Positions 63,994-64,000 of a DNA stretch of 64,000 nucleotides are shown here, piece by piece (the first letter of the stretch is position 1; each line of letters begins with the position of its first letter). Source of the stretch: Ostreococcus lucimarinus (taxonomy: Eukaryota); the NCBI GenBank assembly GCA_000092065.1, contig CP000581.1. One strand, 5' to 3'. The translations under genes were made by a program, and so were the position numbers. The notes beneath the pieces were generated by a model. That model did no database searches, had not been told where the DNA came from, and saw only the letters and a list, made by a program, of their open reading frames with translations.

Positions 63994-64000
63994 GCGCCGG

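Noticed and set aside
1-64000. tRNA, rRNA, transposon or retroelement signatures
   Set aside because: No cloverleaf-like conserved tRNA boxes, rDNA-like stretches, terminal inverted repeats with transposase, RT or integrase ORFs, or LTR pairs were recognised by eye. Absence is not proven without tRNAscan or RepeatMasker.

Overview
This window is a gene-dense, very GC-rich stretch of eukaryotic nuclear DNA (judged by eye, not computed). It is not a prokaryotic locus. I can support about 38 protein-coding genes on both strands, with intergenic spacers often under 200 bp. Plant-type RPN3 and PPCS sequences, a CURT1/CAAD thylakoid protein and a transit-peptide 2-Cys peroxiredoxin point to a photosynthetic green-lineage picoalga, prasinophyte-like; I cannot name the species.

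Most genes are single long ORFs. Seven, however, only make sense when spliced: MPC, RPN3, RPL3, the LC8 dynein light chain, RPF1, an IAH1-like esterase, and an Ohr-type peroxidase fused to an LC8 exon pair. Their introns are short GT-AG introns of 93-328 nt with GTGCGT or GTACG[TC] donors. The ORF track calls GTG/TTG as M, so many N-termini needed trimming to the first ATG or extension into an upstream exon.

I found no rRNA, tRNA, CRISPR array or transposon. The most notable items are: a peroxiredoxin-thioredoxin fusion; a bacterial-type polyphosphate kinase PPK1 with an organellar presequence; an AFG1 ATPase with a C-terminal EF-hand; a fused LeuC-LeuD; a Kv-type potassium channel without a T1 domain; a 2-TM P2X-reminiscent membrane protein; and an 11 kb gene for a 3675-aa coiled-coil protein built from near-identical 885-, 408- and 141-bp tandem repeats with a recurring KYTLPQ..YKFEG motif. 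Several head-to-head start codons lie within 60 bp of each other, and one region (7.8-9.1 kb) is low-complexity and gene-free. Coordinates that I derived by hand rather than from the ORF track may be off by 1 nt.
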